Counted from the stretch's first letter, positions 8,666-18,643 are shown. The stretch: DNA of 64,000 nt from Candidatus Obscuribacterales bacterium (GCA_965228855.1 CBDDIJ010000003.1:640001-704000), one strand, 5' to 3'. The notes: generated by a model from the letters alone, not told the origin. Numbers and translations are program-made.

Positions 8666-11416
8666 ATGGACGATAAGAAACTGAATCCGAGAAATCCGGT
8701 GGTATTGGAGTTCACCTCTAAGCCGGCGGTTGAAGAATTTGGACTTCAGTCCGCAGGGGAAGTGCTGGAGCGGTTTCAATCAAACATGCGGCAAGGTTTG
8801 TCGCAAGATTCCGCCGAAAAGTTGCTTGGTAAGTTTGGTCCCAACGAGATTAGTTTCAAGCGATCTGAAAGTCCGCTGGTTCTGCTTTTTCGGCAGTTCA
8901 ACTCTAGTGTAGTAATACTCTTACTGGTAGCTGCCGGGATATCTTTTGCCACTCGCGATCACCTTCAAGCCGTTGGAATATTAGTGGCAGTCGTGATCAA
9001 TGCTGGTGTCGGTTTTGCCACCGAATTAAAAGCACAATTTTCTTTAGCTGCTTTGAGGGATATAGCGGCTGCGACAGCGCGAGTTGTCCGATCTGGACAT
9101 CATAAATTGGTGCCCGCTTCTGAACTTGTCGCCGGTGACATCGTTGTGTTGGAACCTGGGTCGCGAATTCCTGCGGATGTGCGTTTCGTTGAGGCCGCAG
9201 CTCTCAAAGTTGACGAATCGATCCTTACCGGAGAGAGTCTTCCTGTTGAGAAGTCCGCCGAGTATGTCGACGGAGAGGCGATCTCCTGCACTCTCGGTTT
9301 TCACGGGACGCATGTTCTCAACGGTCGCGCTAGAGCGCTCGTGGTCAAGACGGGTAGAGATACCAGTCTCGGCAAGTTGCAGTGTTCTTTGATGGAGGGG
9401 CATTCCGTTCCGACTCCACTGGAGGTCAAACTGGATGAGCTTGGTAAGCAACTTTCGATTTTAACGGTTGTCGTTTGCGTCGTTATCGGAATTGCCGGTT
9501 TATTGATCCAGATCGATTTATGGTCGATGCTGGAAACAAGCATCGCACTGGCAGTGGCCGCAATCCCGGAAGGATTGCCAGTGGTGGCAACTCTTGCGCT
9601 CGCGATTGGTACGCAGCGAATGGTCAAAGCCGGTGTTTTGATTCGACAGCTTGCGGCTGTAGAAACTCTTGGCTGCACGACCGTAATATGTACTGATAAG
9701 ACTGGAACTCTGACCGAAAACAAGCTCTTAGTTACCGACATCTTCATCGATAACCGTGAAATCAAAGTCACAGGATCTGGTTATTCTCCGGAAGGACTTA
9801 TCACCGAATCTGGTGTCACGATTTCAGAAGATGAACTTTTGAATGCCTTGCTTACGGCCTCGGCGCTCTGCAATGATGCGAGACTGGAGCAAAGCGAGGA
9901 CTCGGGCAGTTGGAGCATCGCGGGCGATCCTACCGAAGGAGCGCTGCTTGTTGCTGCCGCTAAGTTTGGACTTGATCAAAGGCAGCTGAGGTTGAGCTAT
10001 CCCCGAGCGGCGGAAAGACCGTTCGACCTGGTGCGAAAAAAAATGGCAACTGTTCATCATGTTGGCGGCGATCGATATGTTGTTTTCGTCAAAGGTTCTC
10101 CGGAGCGAATGATCGAAGACTCTGAGCGCTTGAACAAAGCAAGCGGCGTCGAGGTTTTCGACAGGGAAACAAAACGTCAGTATTTAGAGCGAAATACTGA
10201 ATATGCGCGCCAAGGATTGCGCGTACTCGGCATCGCGAGGAAGGAAATTAATGGAAACATTGAAGGCGTCGATTTGGAGTCCGACCTTGTCTTTCTTGGT
10301 CTCATCTGTATGCGAGACCTGCCACGAGAGGGCGTATCTCAAGCGATCTCCGAGTGCAAGGACGCCGGTATAAAAGTGATAATGTTGACAGGCGATCAAG
10401 TCGATACCGCCATCAGTGTGGCACGCGATTTAGGTATCGAGCATGGTGCGGAGGCGCTGACTGGCGATACCCTGAAGAGTTTACCCAAGACTGAGTGGGC
10501 TGGAGCGTTGGCTAAGACAGGTGTTTTGGCTCGGGTTACGCCTGACGTTAAACTGGATGTGGTCAAGGCTCTGCAAGCGCAAGGAGCAATTGTGGCGATG
10601 ACCGGGGACGGAGTCAACGACGCTCCTGCTCTTCAACAAGCAAACATTGGAGTGGCAATGGGGCTTTCCGGCACGGACTTAGCGAAGGAAGCCTCTAATA
10701 TGGTGATTACCGACGATAATTTCTCAACCATCGTCAAAGCCATAGAACAGGGGAGAATCATTTATGACAACATTCGCAAAGCCATCTGTTATTTGCTTAC
10801 AGCGTCTGTTGCGTCAGTCATCACTATTGGCTTAGTTTTGTTCACAACCGGGTCGCTCGCCCTGAATCCTCTCCAATTGTTATGGTTGAACTTAATCATG
10901 CACGTATTTCCGGGATTGGGGATCGTTTTGCAGAAGGCTGCTCCCGGCACCATGCAGCGTCCTCCCAGAGATCCGGCAGATAAGCTTGTGGGTTCGTTCG
11001 AACTGTCTGAAATCGTTGGACGTGCTTCTATGGTATCGCTGGCGGTATTGGTGTCAGTGCTCGGTTTGAAAACATCGGCAGCGAGTGTGCTTTCTACTGC
11101 AGCTTTCGCAACGGTATCGCTCGCGCTTTTGTATCAAGCCTGGAACTGGCTATATATCACTGCTGATGCACGGCCCGAATTCTCCCCGATTAACCAGCTC
11201 ATGTACGCGATGATGGCGCTATCGTATGGCCTGGTTTTTGCTGCAATTTATGCTCCACCGCTTCAAGCTGTTCTGAACACGGTTTCGCTGGATGGTCCGA
11301 CGCTCTGGTTTACCCTACAGACATCTACCGCTTCTATACTTGCTTCCCTAGCGTTCTCGATACTCCATTCATTAGTGCGGCGCAGAATGGTTGCGAAGTC
11401 AAAGTCGGTTGCGTGA
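8666..11416 (+). CDS. Type IIA-like cation-transporting P-type ATPase with altered ion-binding residues
   Basis: TGES, PEGL, DKTGTLT and GDGVNDAPAL motifs. Confidence 0.93.
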   Translation: MDDKKLNPRNPVVLEFTSKPAVEEFGLQSAGEVLERFQSNMRQGLSQDSAEKLLGKFGPNEISFKRSESPLVLLFRQFNSSVVILLLVAAGISFATRDHLQAVGILVAVVINAGVGFATELKAQFSLAALRDIAAATARVVRSGHHKLVPASELVAGDIVVLEPGSRIPADVRFVEAAALKVDESILTGESLPVEKSAEYVDGEAISCTLGFHGTHVLNGRARALVVKTGRDTSLGKLQCSLMEGHSVPTPLEVKLDELGKQLSILTVVVCVVIGIAGLLIQIDLWSMLETSIALAVAAIPEGLPVVATLALAIGTQRMVKAGVLIRQLAAVETLGCTTVICTDKTGTLTENKLLVTDIFIDNREIKVTGSGYSPEGLITESGVTISEDELLNALLTASALCNDARLEQSEDSGSWSIAGDPTEGALLVAAAKFGLDQRQLRLSYPRAAERPFDLVRKKMATVHHVGGDRYVVFVKGSPERMIEDSERLNKASGVEVFDRETKRQYLERNTEYARQGLRVLGIARKEINGNIEGVDLESDLVFLGLICMRDLPREGVSQAISECKDAGIKVIMLTGDQVDTAISVARDLGIEHGAEALTGDTLKSLPKTEWAGALAKTGVLARVTPDVKLDVVKALQAQGAIVAMTGDGVNDAPALQQANIGVAMGLSGTDLAKEASNMVITDDNFSTIVKAIEQGRIIYDNIRKAICYLLTASVASVITIGLVLFTTGSLALNPLQLLWLNLIMHVFPGLGIVLQKAAPGTMQRPPRDPADKLVGSFELSEIVGRASMVSLAVLVSVLGLKTSAASVLSTAAFATVSLALLYQAWNWLYITADARPEFSPINQLMYAMMALSYGLVFAAIYAPPLQAVLNTVSLDGPTLWFTLQTSTASILASLAFSILHSLVRRRMVAKSKSVA

Positions 11417-11471
11417 CCTCAACGGATATGTAACCGTCACCAATAGAAGCGAATTTAGCGACCAGTCACGA

Positions 11472-11717
11472 TTATCGGTTTTGATTCCAGGGCAGCTTGC
11501 CGATCAGCATTCCGAGGGCGCAGCTATTAGTTAAGCCGGAGAGAATCATGCCTAGCGCCGCCACTATAGAGATCCAGATGAAGGGCGGAAAAACTACGTA
11601 AGCCAGGGCAATGCCAATCAAGACCAGAGAGCCGGCTGCTATTCTAACTTGTCTCTCTATCGATGGTACTCGTGTGCCGTCATTGTAAGTTTCACAATTA
11701 TCTTTCTGAGTATTCAT
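11472..11717 (-). CDS. DUF2892/YgaP-like small membrane protein
   Basis: IERQVRIAAGSLV...GLTNSCALGMLIGKLPWN pattern. Confidence 0.8.
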   Translation of the reverse strand: MNTQKDNCETYNDGTRVPSIERQVRIAAGSLVLIGIALAYVVFPPFIWISIVAALGMILSGLTNSCALGMLIGKLPWNQNR

Positions 11718-11774
11718 GAGCGTCTCCGATTTTTCTCGAGCTGTACTTCTAATCGTTTATATCGTGCCTCTGAA

Positions 11775-12701
11775 CTATGTGGTTTGCCCGGCACCAACCT
11801 CTTCTTTGAAGTCTTCGATATGCACTGTCACATCTACAACTCCTTCTATTTTTTCAATCAAGACCTTCTCTACCTCTGAGGCAATCGCATGACCGGCGGC
11901 GACCGAAAGGTAGGGCGATACTTCGACGTGCAGATCGATGAACATATGGTCTGAAGCCCCTCTGCTCCTGATTGCGTGGCAAGCTATCACTCCTGGAACC
12001 GCCAGGACTAATTTCTCCACTGCAGCCGAATCGATGACGACAGCGTCGACTAAACTGCCAAGATTACGACTGATGATCGTGAAGCCTGCGTGGACGATGA
12101 CTCCGACAATCACAACTGAAGCGAGCAGGTCCATCCAGTAGAGGTTGAAACGGGCCGCGACCACCGCAGCAAGAACGCTGAATGAGACATAAATGTCGGA
12201 CATTGTATGCTCGGAATCGGCATGCAACAGCTGTGAATTCAATTCCTTGGACTTGATCTTTTCATACCTGCTGACGAGGAAGTTGATGAAAATTGTGGCT
12301 CCTATCACCACATACGATACCGATGTCACATGAGGAACTGCAGCTCCGAATAAACAACGGTCGATCGCGGTTGTGATTATGTGGAGACCGGCAAAGAAAA
12401 GCAGAAAGGAAATGCAAACTGAAGCAAGCGCCTCGAATTTTCGGTGTCCGTAAGGATGACCGTTATCGGCCGGCTTGATTGCTACGCTCAGCGCTATGAT
12501 GCCGACTATATTGGACGATGCATCGAGGAGCGAATGGAAGCCGTCTGCGGTCATGCTCAGAATGTTGGAGGATGCGCCGCAAATTAGTTTTGCAATTGCG
12601 ACAATCAGATTGAGACCGAGCGTTTGAATAAATACTCGCCGAGCGGCCCGCATATTGCTTGACTGATCGCAGCGTTCGTTCTGTACAGTATCGCAAGACA
12701 T
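11775..12701 (-). CDS. Cation diffusion facilitator transporter
   Basis: ADGFHSLLD, HPYGH, ADSEHTMSD and a C-terminal dimerisation domain. Confidence 0.93.
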   Translation of the reverse strand: MSCDTVQNERCDQSSNMRAARRVFIQTLGLNLIVAIAKLICGASSNILSMTADGFHSLLDASSNIVGIIALSVAIKPADNGHPYGHRKFEALASVCISFLLFFAGLHIITTAIDRCLFGAAVPHVTSVSYVVIGATIFINFLVSRYEKIKSKELNSQLLHADSEHTMSDIYVSFSVLAAVVAARFNLYWMDLLASVVIVGVIVHAGFTIISRNLGSLVDAVVIDSAAVEKLVLAVPGVIACHAIRSRGASDHMFIDLHVEVSPYLSVAAGHAIASEVEKVLIEKIEGVVDVTVHIEDFKEEVGAGQTT

Positions 12702-12757
12702 TTATCATACCCAGGTGATAACTATAAAAATTCTGACAGCCTTGTTATGTTAGGGCA

Positions 12758-12796
12758 TCAGCTAAAATACTGAAACTCGATTGGCCGAACGATTGA
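12758..12796. promoter_or_regulatory. Degenerate box pair serving a divergent promoter
   Basis: TCAGCT-AAAA-TACTGA (12758) and TTGGCC-GAAC-GATTGA (12781), 23 bp apart; CAGAAT 22 nt away on the minus strand and TAGAAT 21 nt away on the plus strand. Confidence 0.5.
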
Positions 12797-12869
12797 TGTA
12801 GTTTTCGATTTTCAATTTAGAATGGTCTTAAGCGCGAGCGGAATCTTTACACTGGGGAGATGCAATTGA

Positions 12870-13631
12870 ATGAAGACGGCAAAAATTCTGGTTCTCAGTC
12901 TCGTTTCGGGACTTCTGGTGACCAGTATGACCCTGGAAGTATTGGCCAGTTCTACATCCAGTAAGGTCGTTAAGCCAAAAATATACAAACCGAAGCCACA
13001 AAGTCCACTTGCTGCTAAGGGCAAAGAATTCTTCGAGAAAAACAATTGCGCGGTTTGCCACACAATTTCTGGTGATGGTGGATGCCTGGCGCCGCCTCTC
13101 GATGGCATTGGTAGTCGACGCTCTCAGAAATTTATCAAGATTAGAATTACCAGTGGCTCGTCGCAAGAGACTAAATTTGCTGAACTCTATGGAAAAACAG
13201 AGCTCATGCCTCACGTCCGAGTTCCAGCTGCGACAGCTGAGGCGATTTCTCAATATCTCCTTACCTTAAAGGAGCCCGAGCGTGGCTTCAAAATAATCGG
13301 TCACGAGGACAAATCCGATAGTTCCATCTCTCCTCCCGCGCAGGGTAGCGTTGATGATAAATCCGTAGCTAGAGGACGAGCACTGCTTAGCAGCAAAGGC
13401 TGTCTGGCCTGTCACTCGTTCGGTAATCTCGGTGGAACATTTGCAGTTAAGTTTGATGGTGTGGGAAGTCGGCTGACCGTCGATGCCATCAAAAAGCAAT
13501 TGACTAATGCTCAGCTGCTGACTTTGGAGAACGACACCGAGTATGGCGCTCGCGGGACTACAATGCCGCCTCTTGACCTGACGGATGATGAAATTGCGGA
13601 CCTGACGGCGTATCTAGCCTCTTTAAAATAA
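12870..13631 (+). CDS. Exported dihaem cytochrome c
   Basis: Signal/anchor segment; CAVCH and CLACH motifs. Confidence 0.85.
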   Translation: MKTAKILVLSLVSGLLVTSMTLEVLASSTSSKVVKPKIYKPKPQSPLAAKGKEFFEKNNCAVCHTISGDGGCLAPPLDGIGSRRSQKFIKIRITSGSSQETKFAELYGKTELMPHVRVPAATAEAISQYLLTLKEPERGFKIIGHEDKSDSSISPPAQGSVDDKSVARGRALLSSKGCLACHSFGNLGGTFAVKFDGVGSRLTVDAIKKQLTNAQLLTLENDTEYGARGTTMPPLDLTDDEIADLTAYLASLK

Positions 13632-13712
13632 GCGCCGCAAATAGTCCGACGGATTGATGCCAACACGCCTCGACTGTAGCAGGATTGAATGCATGCGGAG
13701 GAGGTCTTCAAC

Positions 13713-14663
13713 ATGCATAAATTATCCATACTTTTAGGACTGACCGGTTCTGAACAGTCTAAATACGCCGCGGAAGTGGCGTGGTCAATTGCAAAAGACA
13801 ACGATGGTCGTGTGACAGCGATGCACGTTGTCGATACAAGAATGGCTTGGGAACTGCTGCGAAACGATCGCCCGGGATTCGTCGGAAGTGGTGTATATGT
13901 CGAGGCGTTCGAACAATTGTCCAGTTCACTGGAGCGCATCGGACAAACTGTAATCGAAAAGTTTGAGGCTGTTGCGGCCGGGCAAGAGGTTCCAACTAAA
14001 ACCATTCTGGCTCAGGGAAGCCCGGTCAGTAGAATGTCAGAGCGAGCCGGAGAGTTCGATCTCGTCGTGATCGGACACCAGGCGCGCGACCCCCGCTGTA
14101 AGGAAGCGGAACATTGCAATTTCATTCGGTACGCTGTTGCCGAAGGGTTGGCTCATGACTGTCCGCGTCCGCTATTGGTAGTACAAGACAAAGTGTATCG
14201 CTGGTCATCGATGTCTATACTGGTCTCGGTCGATCACATCAACTTTAGCTACATTGCCGCATGTCGGAAGATGGCTGATACGCTCGGGCTTCAAACCAAG
14301 CTGGTGATTCTTGCTAGTGGAGAACGAGAGGCTTCACCTGTTGCGATTCTAAATGACCTTCGGTCCTCGCATACTGAGCTCACCGATGTGGATATTTCTG
14401 TGGAATTTGTTCAAGGAATTGCGATGGAAAAGCATTCAAGCCCCTGGCGACATGAACCCATCGACCTTGAATGGACTCCCGATCCAGAGACTCTGCTTGT
14501 CATTCCAACCAGGAAAACCGGCGGTCACCGCATCACCGTATTTGATACCACCCCGGATGCATTCGTGCGGTGTCTTGGTCTTCCGACCATAATGATGTGG
14601 CCGGAAGAGCACACTGAGTTCGATGTGAAGATGCCGGAAGAAAGAGCCGCAGCAGCAAGATAG
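13713..14663 (+). CDS. Universal stress protein (USP domain plus degenerate second domain)
   Basis: ILLGLTGSEQS...HVVD...DLVVIG...PRPLLVV; start placed after a GGAGGAGG RBS. Confidence 0.82.
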   Translation: MHKLSILLGLTGSEQSKYAAEVAWSIAKDNDGRVTAMHVVDTRMAWELLRNDRPGFVGSGVYVEAFEQLSSSLERIGQTVIEKFEAVAAGQEVPTKTILAQGSPVSRMSERAGEFDLVVIGHQARDPRCKEAEHCNFIRYAVAEGLAHDCPRPLLVVQDKVYRWSSMSILVSVDHINFSYIAACRKMADTLGLQTKLVILASGEREASPVAILNDLRSSHTELTDVDISVEFVQGIAMEKHSSPWRHEPIDLEWTPDPETLLVIPTRKTGGHRITVFDTTPDAFVRCLGLPTIMMWPEEHTEFDVKMPEERAAAAR

Positions 14664-14684
14664 CAGGCTCGAAGGTTTCCCCAA

Positions 14685-14728
14685 TCATCCCAAGGGACGA
14701 TGAAACGCGTCTGCGCGTTGGCTATCAT
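14685..14728 (+). promoter_or_regulatory. Box plus -10 element
   Basis: TCATCC-CAAG-GGACGA, 22-nt spacer, TATCAT. Confidence 0.75.
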
Positions 14729-14966
14729 GTAATCACGGTGAATGGATGGAGTTTGACGCCACCAGGAGCCGAGGGGATGGTTCGAATGAATCGATACGCC
14801 GATTGCTTAAGAACGAAACCCGCCCGATGCGCATGCTAGCCACCGTTTCGGGAAGCTCACGCAGAGCACCAACAGGCACCACTTTCCAGGAGTGGTGTTT
14901 GTTGTTTCAGGAGCTACGTAGTTGCCACTGAATATGGTGTCGCTGGTATGAAAAATGGAGTACGAG

Positions 14967-15626
14967 ATGGCTAAGCTGATACTCTTGAGACATGGTCAGT
15001 CGCAGTGGAACCTGGAAAACCGCTTCACCGGCTCAGTCGATGTGTGCCTGTCGGCTATGGGGCTGGATGAGGCTGTCCGTGCCGGCGAAATTCTCAAAAC
15101 GATCCCGATAGATTTGATATTTACGTCCACCATGAAGCGGGCTATTGAGACTGCGGACATCGTAACGCGCTCCCGCAGTGGTTGTGAACCGGTATCAGTG
15201 AAGCGGAACAGCGCGTTAAACGAACGGAGCTATGGCGATTTGCAGGGAATGAACAAGGCTGAGGCCGCAAAGCTTTTCGGCGCGGACCAGGTGAAGCTCT
15301 GGCGGCGTTCGTATGACGTCCGACCTCCGAATGGCGAGAGTTTGAGCGACACTGCTAATCGCACGATACCGTATATGGTGAGAGAAATTATGCCGGAAGT
15401 CAAGGCTGGCAGAAACGTCTTGGTTGTCGCGCACGGTAATAGTCTGAGATCGATCTACATGTTCCTCGATGGATTGAGTCGTGAGCAAGTGCTCGAATTG
15501 AATATTCCGACCGGAGTTCCTAAGGTCTATGAAATCGACAGTCAGGGGGCAATAACTTCCAGCTACTATCTCGAACCTCGACAATCAGATTCCGGGAATG
15601 GCGCGGTCAGCCGGCGAGTTAGTTAG
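14967..15626 (+). CDS. gpmA: 2,3-bisphosphoglycerate-dependent phosphoglycerate mutase
   Basis: LRHGQSQWNLENRFTG, LNERSYG, WRRSY and AHGNSLR motifs. Confidence 0.95.
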   Translation: MAKLILLRHGQSQWNLENRFTGSVDVCLSAMGLDEAVRAGEILKTIPIDLIFTSTMKRAIETADIVTRSRSGCEPVSVKRNSALNERSYGDLQGMNKAEAAKLFGADQVKLWRRSYDVRPPNGESLSDTANRTIPYMVREIMPEVKAGRNVLVVAHGNSLRSIYMFLDGLSREQVLELNIPTGVPKVYEIDSQGAITSSYYLEPRQSDSGNGAVSRRVS

Positions 15627-15671
15627 CCAGGGGGAACTCGAGCTTAGAGTTTGCAGTTTAGCAAATATAGA

Positions 15672-16064
15672 TTATTCGAGCCGGCAGAGCTTCTTTCCAT
15701 CGCTGGTTAGCGCGGAAATTATTAAAATGACAATTCCGCCCAGGATTGCTGGCGTCCAGCCCACAATCGTCAGATAGTCAGGTAGCAATGTGGCCGTCAT
15801 TTTCAATACGACGGCAGGAAGAAACCAGAATCCAATCAGCCAAATTGGGATGAGAAAAAGCAGTGCTGTTCCAAACGAGGTGATCGTTAGAAACACCGAT
15901 AATGCGATTGCGAGAAACTCGACCAGCCAGGTTAAAAGCGAGAAAAATATACCTGCTCCGATCGCGTGCAGGAAGTTTCCATGCAGTTGAAAACCGGGAA
16001 GCATAGGCAGTAAAAAGTAAAAGGCGCATGCCGTTAGAAGCAAGCGCGTGAGGAACGTCTTCAT
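15672..16064 (-). CDS. 4-TM membrane protein of the YvlD/'phage holin family' type
   Basis: Four hydrophobic segments with the LTITSFG...AVVLKMTA pattern. Confidence 0.65.
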   Translation of the reverse strand: MKTFLTRLLLTACAFYFLLPMLPGFQLHGNFLHAIGAGIFFSLLTWLVEFLAIALSVFLTITSFGTALLFLIPIWLIGFWFLPAVVLKMTATLLPDYLTIVGWTPAILGGIVILIISALTSDGKKLCRLE

Positions 16065-16393
16065 TGAGTGTTCTCCCTGGGCTGAATTTGGTGCTCTCCA
16101 TCGGCGGCGTCGGAATTCAAGTCGTAGATTCTCAGTTGCGCCAGCTTGCGCTCCAGGTCTCGAATCTCTTCTTGCTTGCCTTCTTGACTCTGATACAGGT
16201 CGATAAGGCTTTCGACTATTTCGCGCATGGCGTACTCGACTACAATCATTTGTTGCTCGACATTTTTTAGACTTGTCTTCAGAAGGCGTTCTGCCTGTCT
16301 CAGGTCTCCCTTTTGACTGGCTCTCTTGCTGGCATCGATGAATGCGTTAAAACCGTCTCTGTTGCCGCTCATTTCATATACTCGACTGAACAT
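16061..16393 (-). CDS. Hypothetical helical protein
   Basis: ORF overlaps the next gene by 4 nt (ATGA coupling). Confidence 0.6.
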   Translation of the reverse strand: MFSRVYEMSGNRDGFNAFIDASKRASQKGDLRQAERLLKTSLKNVEQQMIVVEYAMREIVESLIDLYQSQEGKQEEIRDLERKLAQLRIYDLNSDAADGEHQIQPRENTQ

Positions 16394-16586
16394 ACTGTTA
16401 ATACCGGGTGTCTTAGTAATTGCGAGCTAGCAAGCTCCATTTACCTCTTCATTATTGGAGAGATGACCTTTCTGCGCATCAGTAGAATTGTTGATTGTGA
16501 TGAGTATATGAGCGTTTTCCGAACTAGTCCTGGGGAATGACTTCCCAAGACCTCAACGAGATTTTCCTGGAAAATGGCATCGCAAA

Positions 16587-16630
16587 TCATCCGAGAGGAT
16601 GATGCCTCAATGTCAGTTTTTCAATACTCT
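16587..16630 (+). promoter_or_regulatory. Perfect box plus -10 element
   Basis: TCATCC-GAGA-GGATGA, 22-nt spacer, TACTCT. Confidence 0.8.
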
Positions 16631-16694
16631 GATATGAGTGGCATTCTGGAGCCGCTTAATTGTGTGCGATTAAAACTGGAAACCTCTTAGCAAG

Positions 16695-17084
16695 ATGGAA
16701 CTACGATTTCCGAAGGCGCGACTTTTCGCTTACGACAGAATACTGCAGGGACAGCCTTGTAGTTCTGTGCTGGTCAACGCCATCGTCGATGCGGGACTTA
16801 TCTCTGAGGATTCATTAAAGACGGTAAGCGGCGAAGCCTGCTGTAAGGGACGTTGTCAGTCCGTATCTGCTGCGAAGGGCATCATAGAAGCCTATATGAT
16901 CGAAAGGCATCAACCGCCGGAGGCTTCGCGATTGGCGCGCACTGCTTTCAAGCACCTCAAGACTGAGTGGAAAGGCTGGCTGACCAGACGGGAAGAGACT
17001 CTATCTGCGCAGCAAATCGATGAATGTCGAGAGAATGCACCGGTCGTCCTCGATCTCTTGCTTCAGCAGTTGATGAAACACTAA
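16695..17084 (+). CDS. Hypothetical protein
   Basis: 129-aa ORF directly downstream of a boxed promoter; no family recognised. Confidence 0.6.
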   Translation: MELRFPKARLFAYDRILQGQPCSSVLVNAIVDAGLISEDSLKTVSGEACCKGRCQSVSAAKGIIEAYMIERHQPPEASRLARTAFKHLKTEWKGWLTRREETLSAQQIDECRENAPVVLDLLLQQLMKH

Positions 17085-17329
17085 CTTCGATGGGGCGGCG
17101 CCGACAGGACAAGTCGGCTGTTCAAACTCGAAAAGTCTGTTAGTCGTTGCTCCGTTATCTTGCATTTGTTGTGCAATCTCGTACAGAAAGCTAAGCATGC
17201 GGATCGCATCGTAATCCTGCCACCATATGCGGTTTCTTGAAAATTGTTCCATAAGGTTTTACTCCTTGTACGAAACACTCCTCACTAGCCATCATGCACG
17301 GCACGAAGCGCCGACAACTCTTTGCAAAG

Positions 17330-17345
17330 TCGTCCACGAGGATGA
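17330..17345. promoter_or_regulatory. TCATCC-N4-GGATGA box
   Basis: TCGTCC-ACGA-GGATGA (1 mismatch); no -10-like hexamer at 22 nt in either direction. Confidence 0.65.
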
Positions 17346-17435
17346 CTCCAAATAATCCCTGGTGCGTATGCGAAAGAGCGCTCTCGTGTGTTGGAATAGT
17401 CAGAGCTCAACGTCAAGCAAAAACAGGAGGCGGGC

Positions 17436-17870
17436 ATGAAGATCAAAGTGATACTTTGTAACTGCAAGGGATTGTGTCCATCCTTCAAAGATATCGATAT
17501 GAATAAGCTACCTTTCGAGTGTGAGTCCGAACTCGACATTGAATTTGTCACTCTCAGCCCGCAGACATGTGGTGCGGGCGGCAATAAGGTGCTCCTGGAT
17601 CTGATGAAGAACGCGGATGCCGATACCTATATACTGTCCGGCGCCTGCGCTCCGGAAGCCCAAAAGAAGTTGTTCAGGCGCGTAATTCGCGAATCCGGCT
17701 TCGACCCGAAACACTTCATTGCGGTGGATATCCGCGAGACCAACAATGATGGAGCGCTCCTAAGACTCAAGGACACGACCGAATTTGTCCAGGAAAAGGG
17801 TGCATGTCCTTGTGAATTCGCCGCCGGACCGTGCCCGGAAGAAATACCGATTGAATTCGAACATCGCTAA
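17436..17870 (+). CDS. Stand-alone protein resembling the HdrA N-terminal Fe-S domain
   Basis: KVILCNC...QTCGAGG...SGACAP...LFRR...GFDP...VDIRE parallels HdrA-N (VxxCxC...CSxxG...AACSP...FR...GLNP...NIRE); AGGAGG RBS. Confidence 0.65.
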   Translation: MKIKVILCNCKGLCPSFKDIDMNKLPFECESELDIEFVTLSPQTCGAGGNKVLLDLMKNADADTYILSGACAPEAQKKLFRRVIRESGFDPKHFIAVDIRETNNDGALLRLKDTTEFVQEKGACPCEFAAGPCPEEIPIEFEHR

Positions 17871-17912
17871 ACATAGAAACTTCCTGCGATTACAGGCAAG
17901 ATTCCGGGCGAC

Positions 17913-17948
17913 TTGACACCTCTAAAACATTTCGATAATATTGGAAAT
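17913..17948 (+). promoter_or_regulatory. Sigma70 promoter with an overlapping imperfect inverted repeat (possible ArsR-type operator)
   Basis: TTGACA-17 nt-TAATAT; ATTTCGATAA/TATTGGAAAT covers the -10. Confidence 0.6.
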
Positions 17949-18108
17949 ATAAAAACGAGCAAAGCAGACTCGGCTTTCTGCCTTGGCTCATTAATCACGT
18001 TTGGAAACAGGCTACTTGTGCGCAGGGACCCTTAGTCGGGCTGGCAGCGGCGAGCTTAGCAAGACTCTAGGTCTTCCGCCAGCAACAAATCTCGAAGAGG
18101 GGCTGCAA

Positions 18109-18507
18109 TTGAAGGTTTTATTCATCTGTGTAGAGAATAGTTGCCGGAGCCAAATGGCCGAAGGCTTCGGACGACTGCTGGGACTTGAGGCTGATAGCGC
18201 CGGTGTAAAAGCCGGCGCCGGCGTCAACCCCGAGGCTGTAAAGGTCATGGGCGAAATTGGCGTCGACATATCGAAGCAGTACTCGAAGGCAATCGACAAC
18301 GAAAAGCTCGGCAACTACGATGCAATTATTTCAATGTGCTCCGTAAAAACTGCCGACTTCTGTCCCTCAACTTTTATTGGCACGCAAGACAATTGGAACA
18401 TTGAAGATCCTAAAGGGCAGCTGCCAGAGGTATTCCGGCGGGTGCGTGACGAGATAAAGTCAAAGGTCGAAGAACTAGCTAAAGAAAAAACAACCCGACG
18501 TAATTGA
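18109..18507 (+). CDS. arsC: Thioredoxin-type arsenate reductase (LMW-PTP fold)
   Basis: FICVENSCRSQMAEG P-loop, resolving Cys pair (MCSVKTADFCP) and EDP; next to acr3. Confidence 0.88.
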   Translation: MKVLFICVENSCRSQMAEGFGRLLGLEADSAGVKAGAGVNPEAVKVMGEIGVDISKQYSKAIDNEKLGNYDAIISMCSVKTADFCPSTFIGTQDNWNIEDPKGQLPEVFRRVRDEIKSKVEELAKEKTTRRN

Positions 18508-18643
18508 AGAAAGGAATTCGTAAGCAATCCAGTTCTTTCTAAATTGCGCAGAGATGCTCTGTGGTTGGCAGATTTTGAAAGCTCACTCGCCGCCTTCTTG
18601 AACAGGTCATTTTAGAGAAAATAGAACGCTGGAGGCGTCGTAA

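Noticed and set aside
15672..16064. Holin-like gene as evidence of a prophage
   Set aside because: There are no other phage genes, and this membrane family is common on chromosomes.
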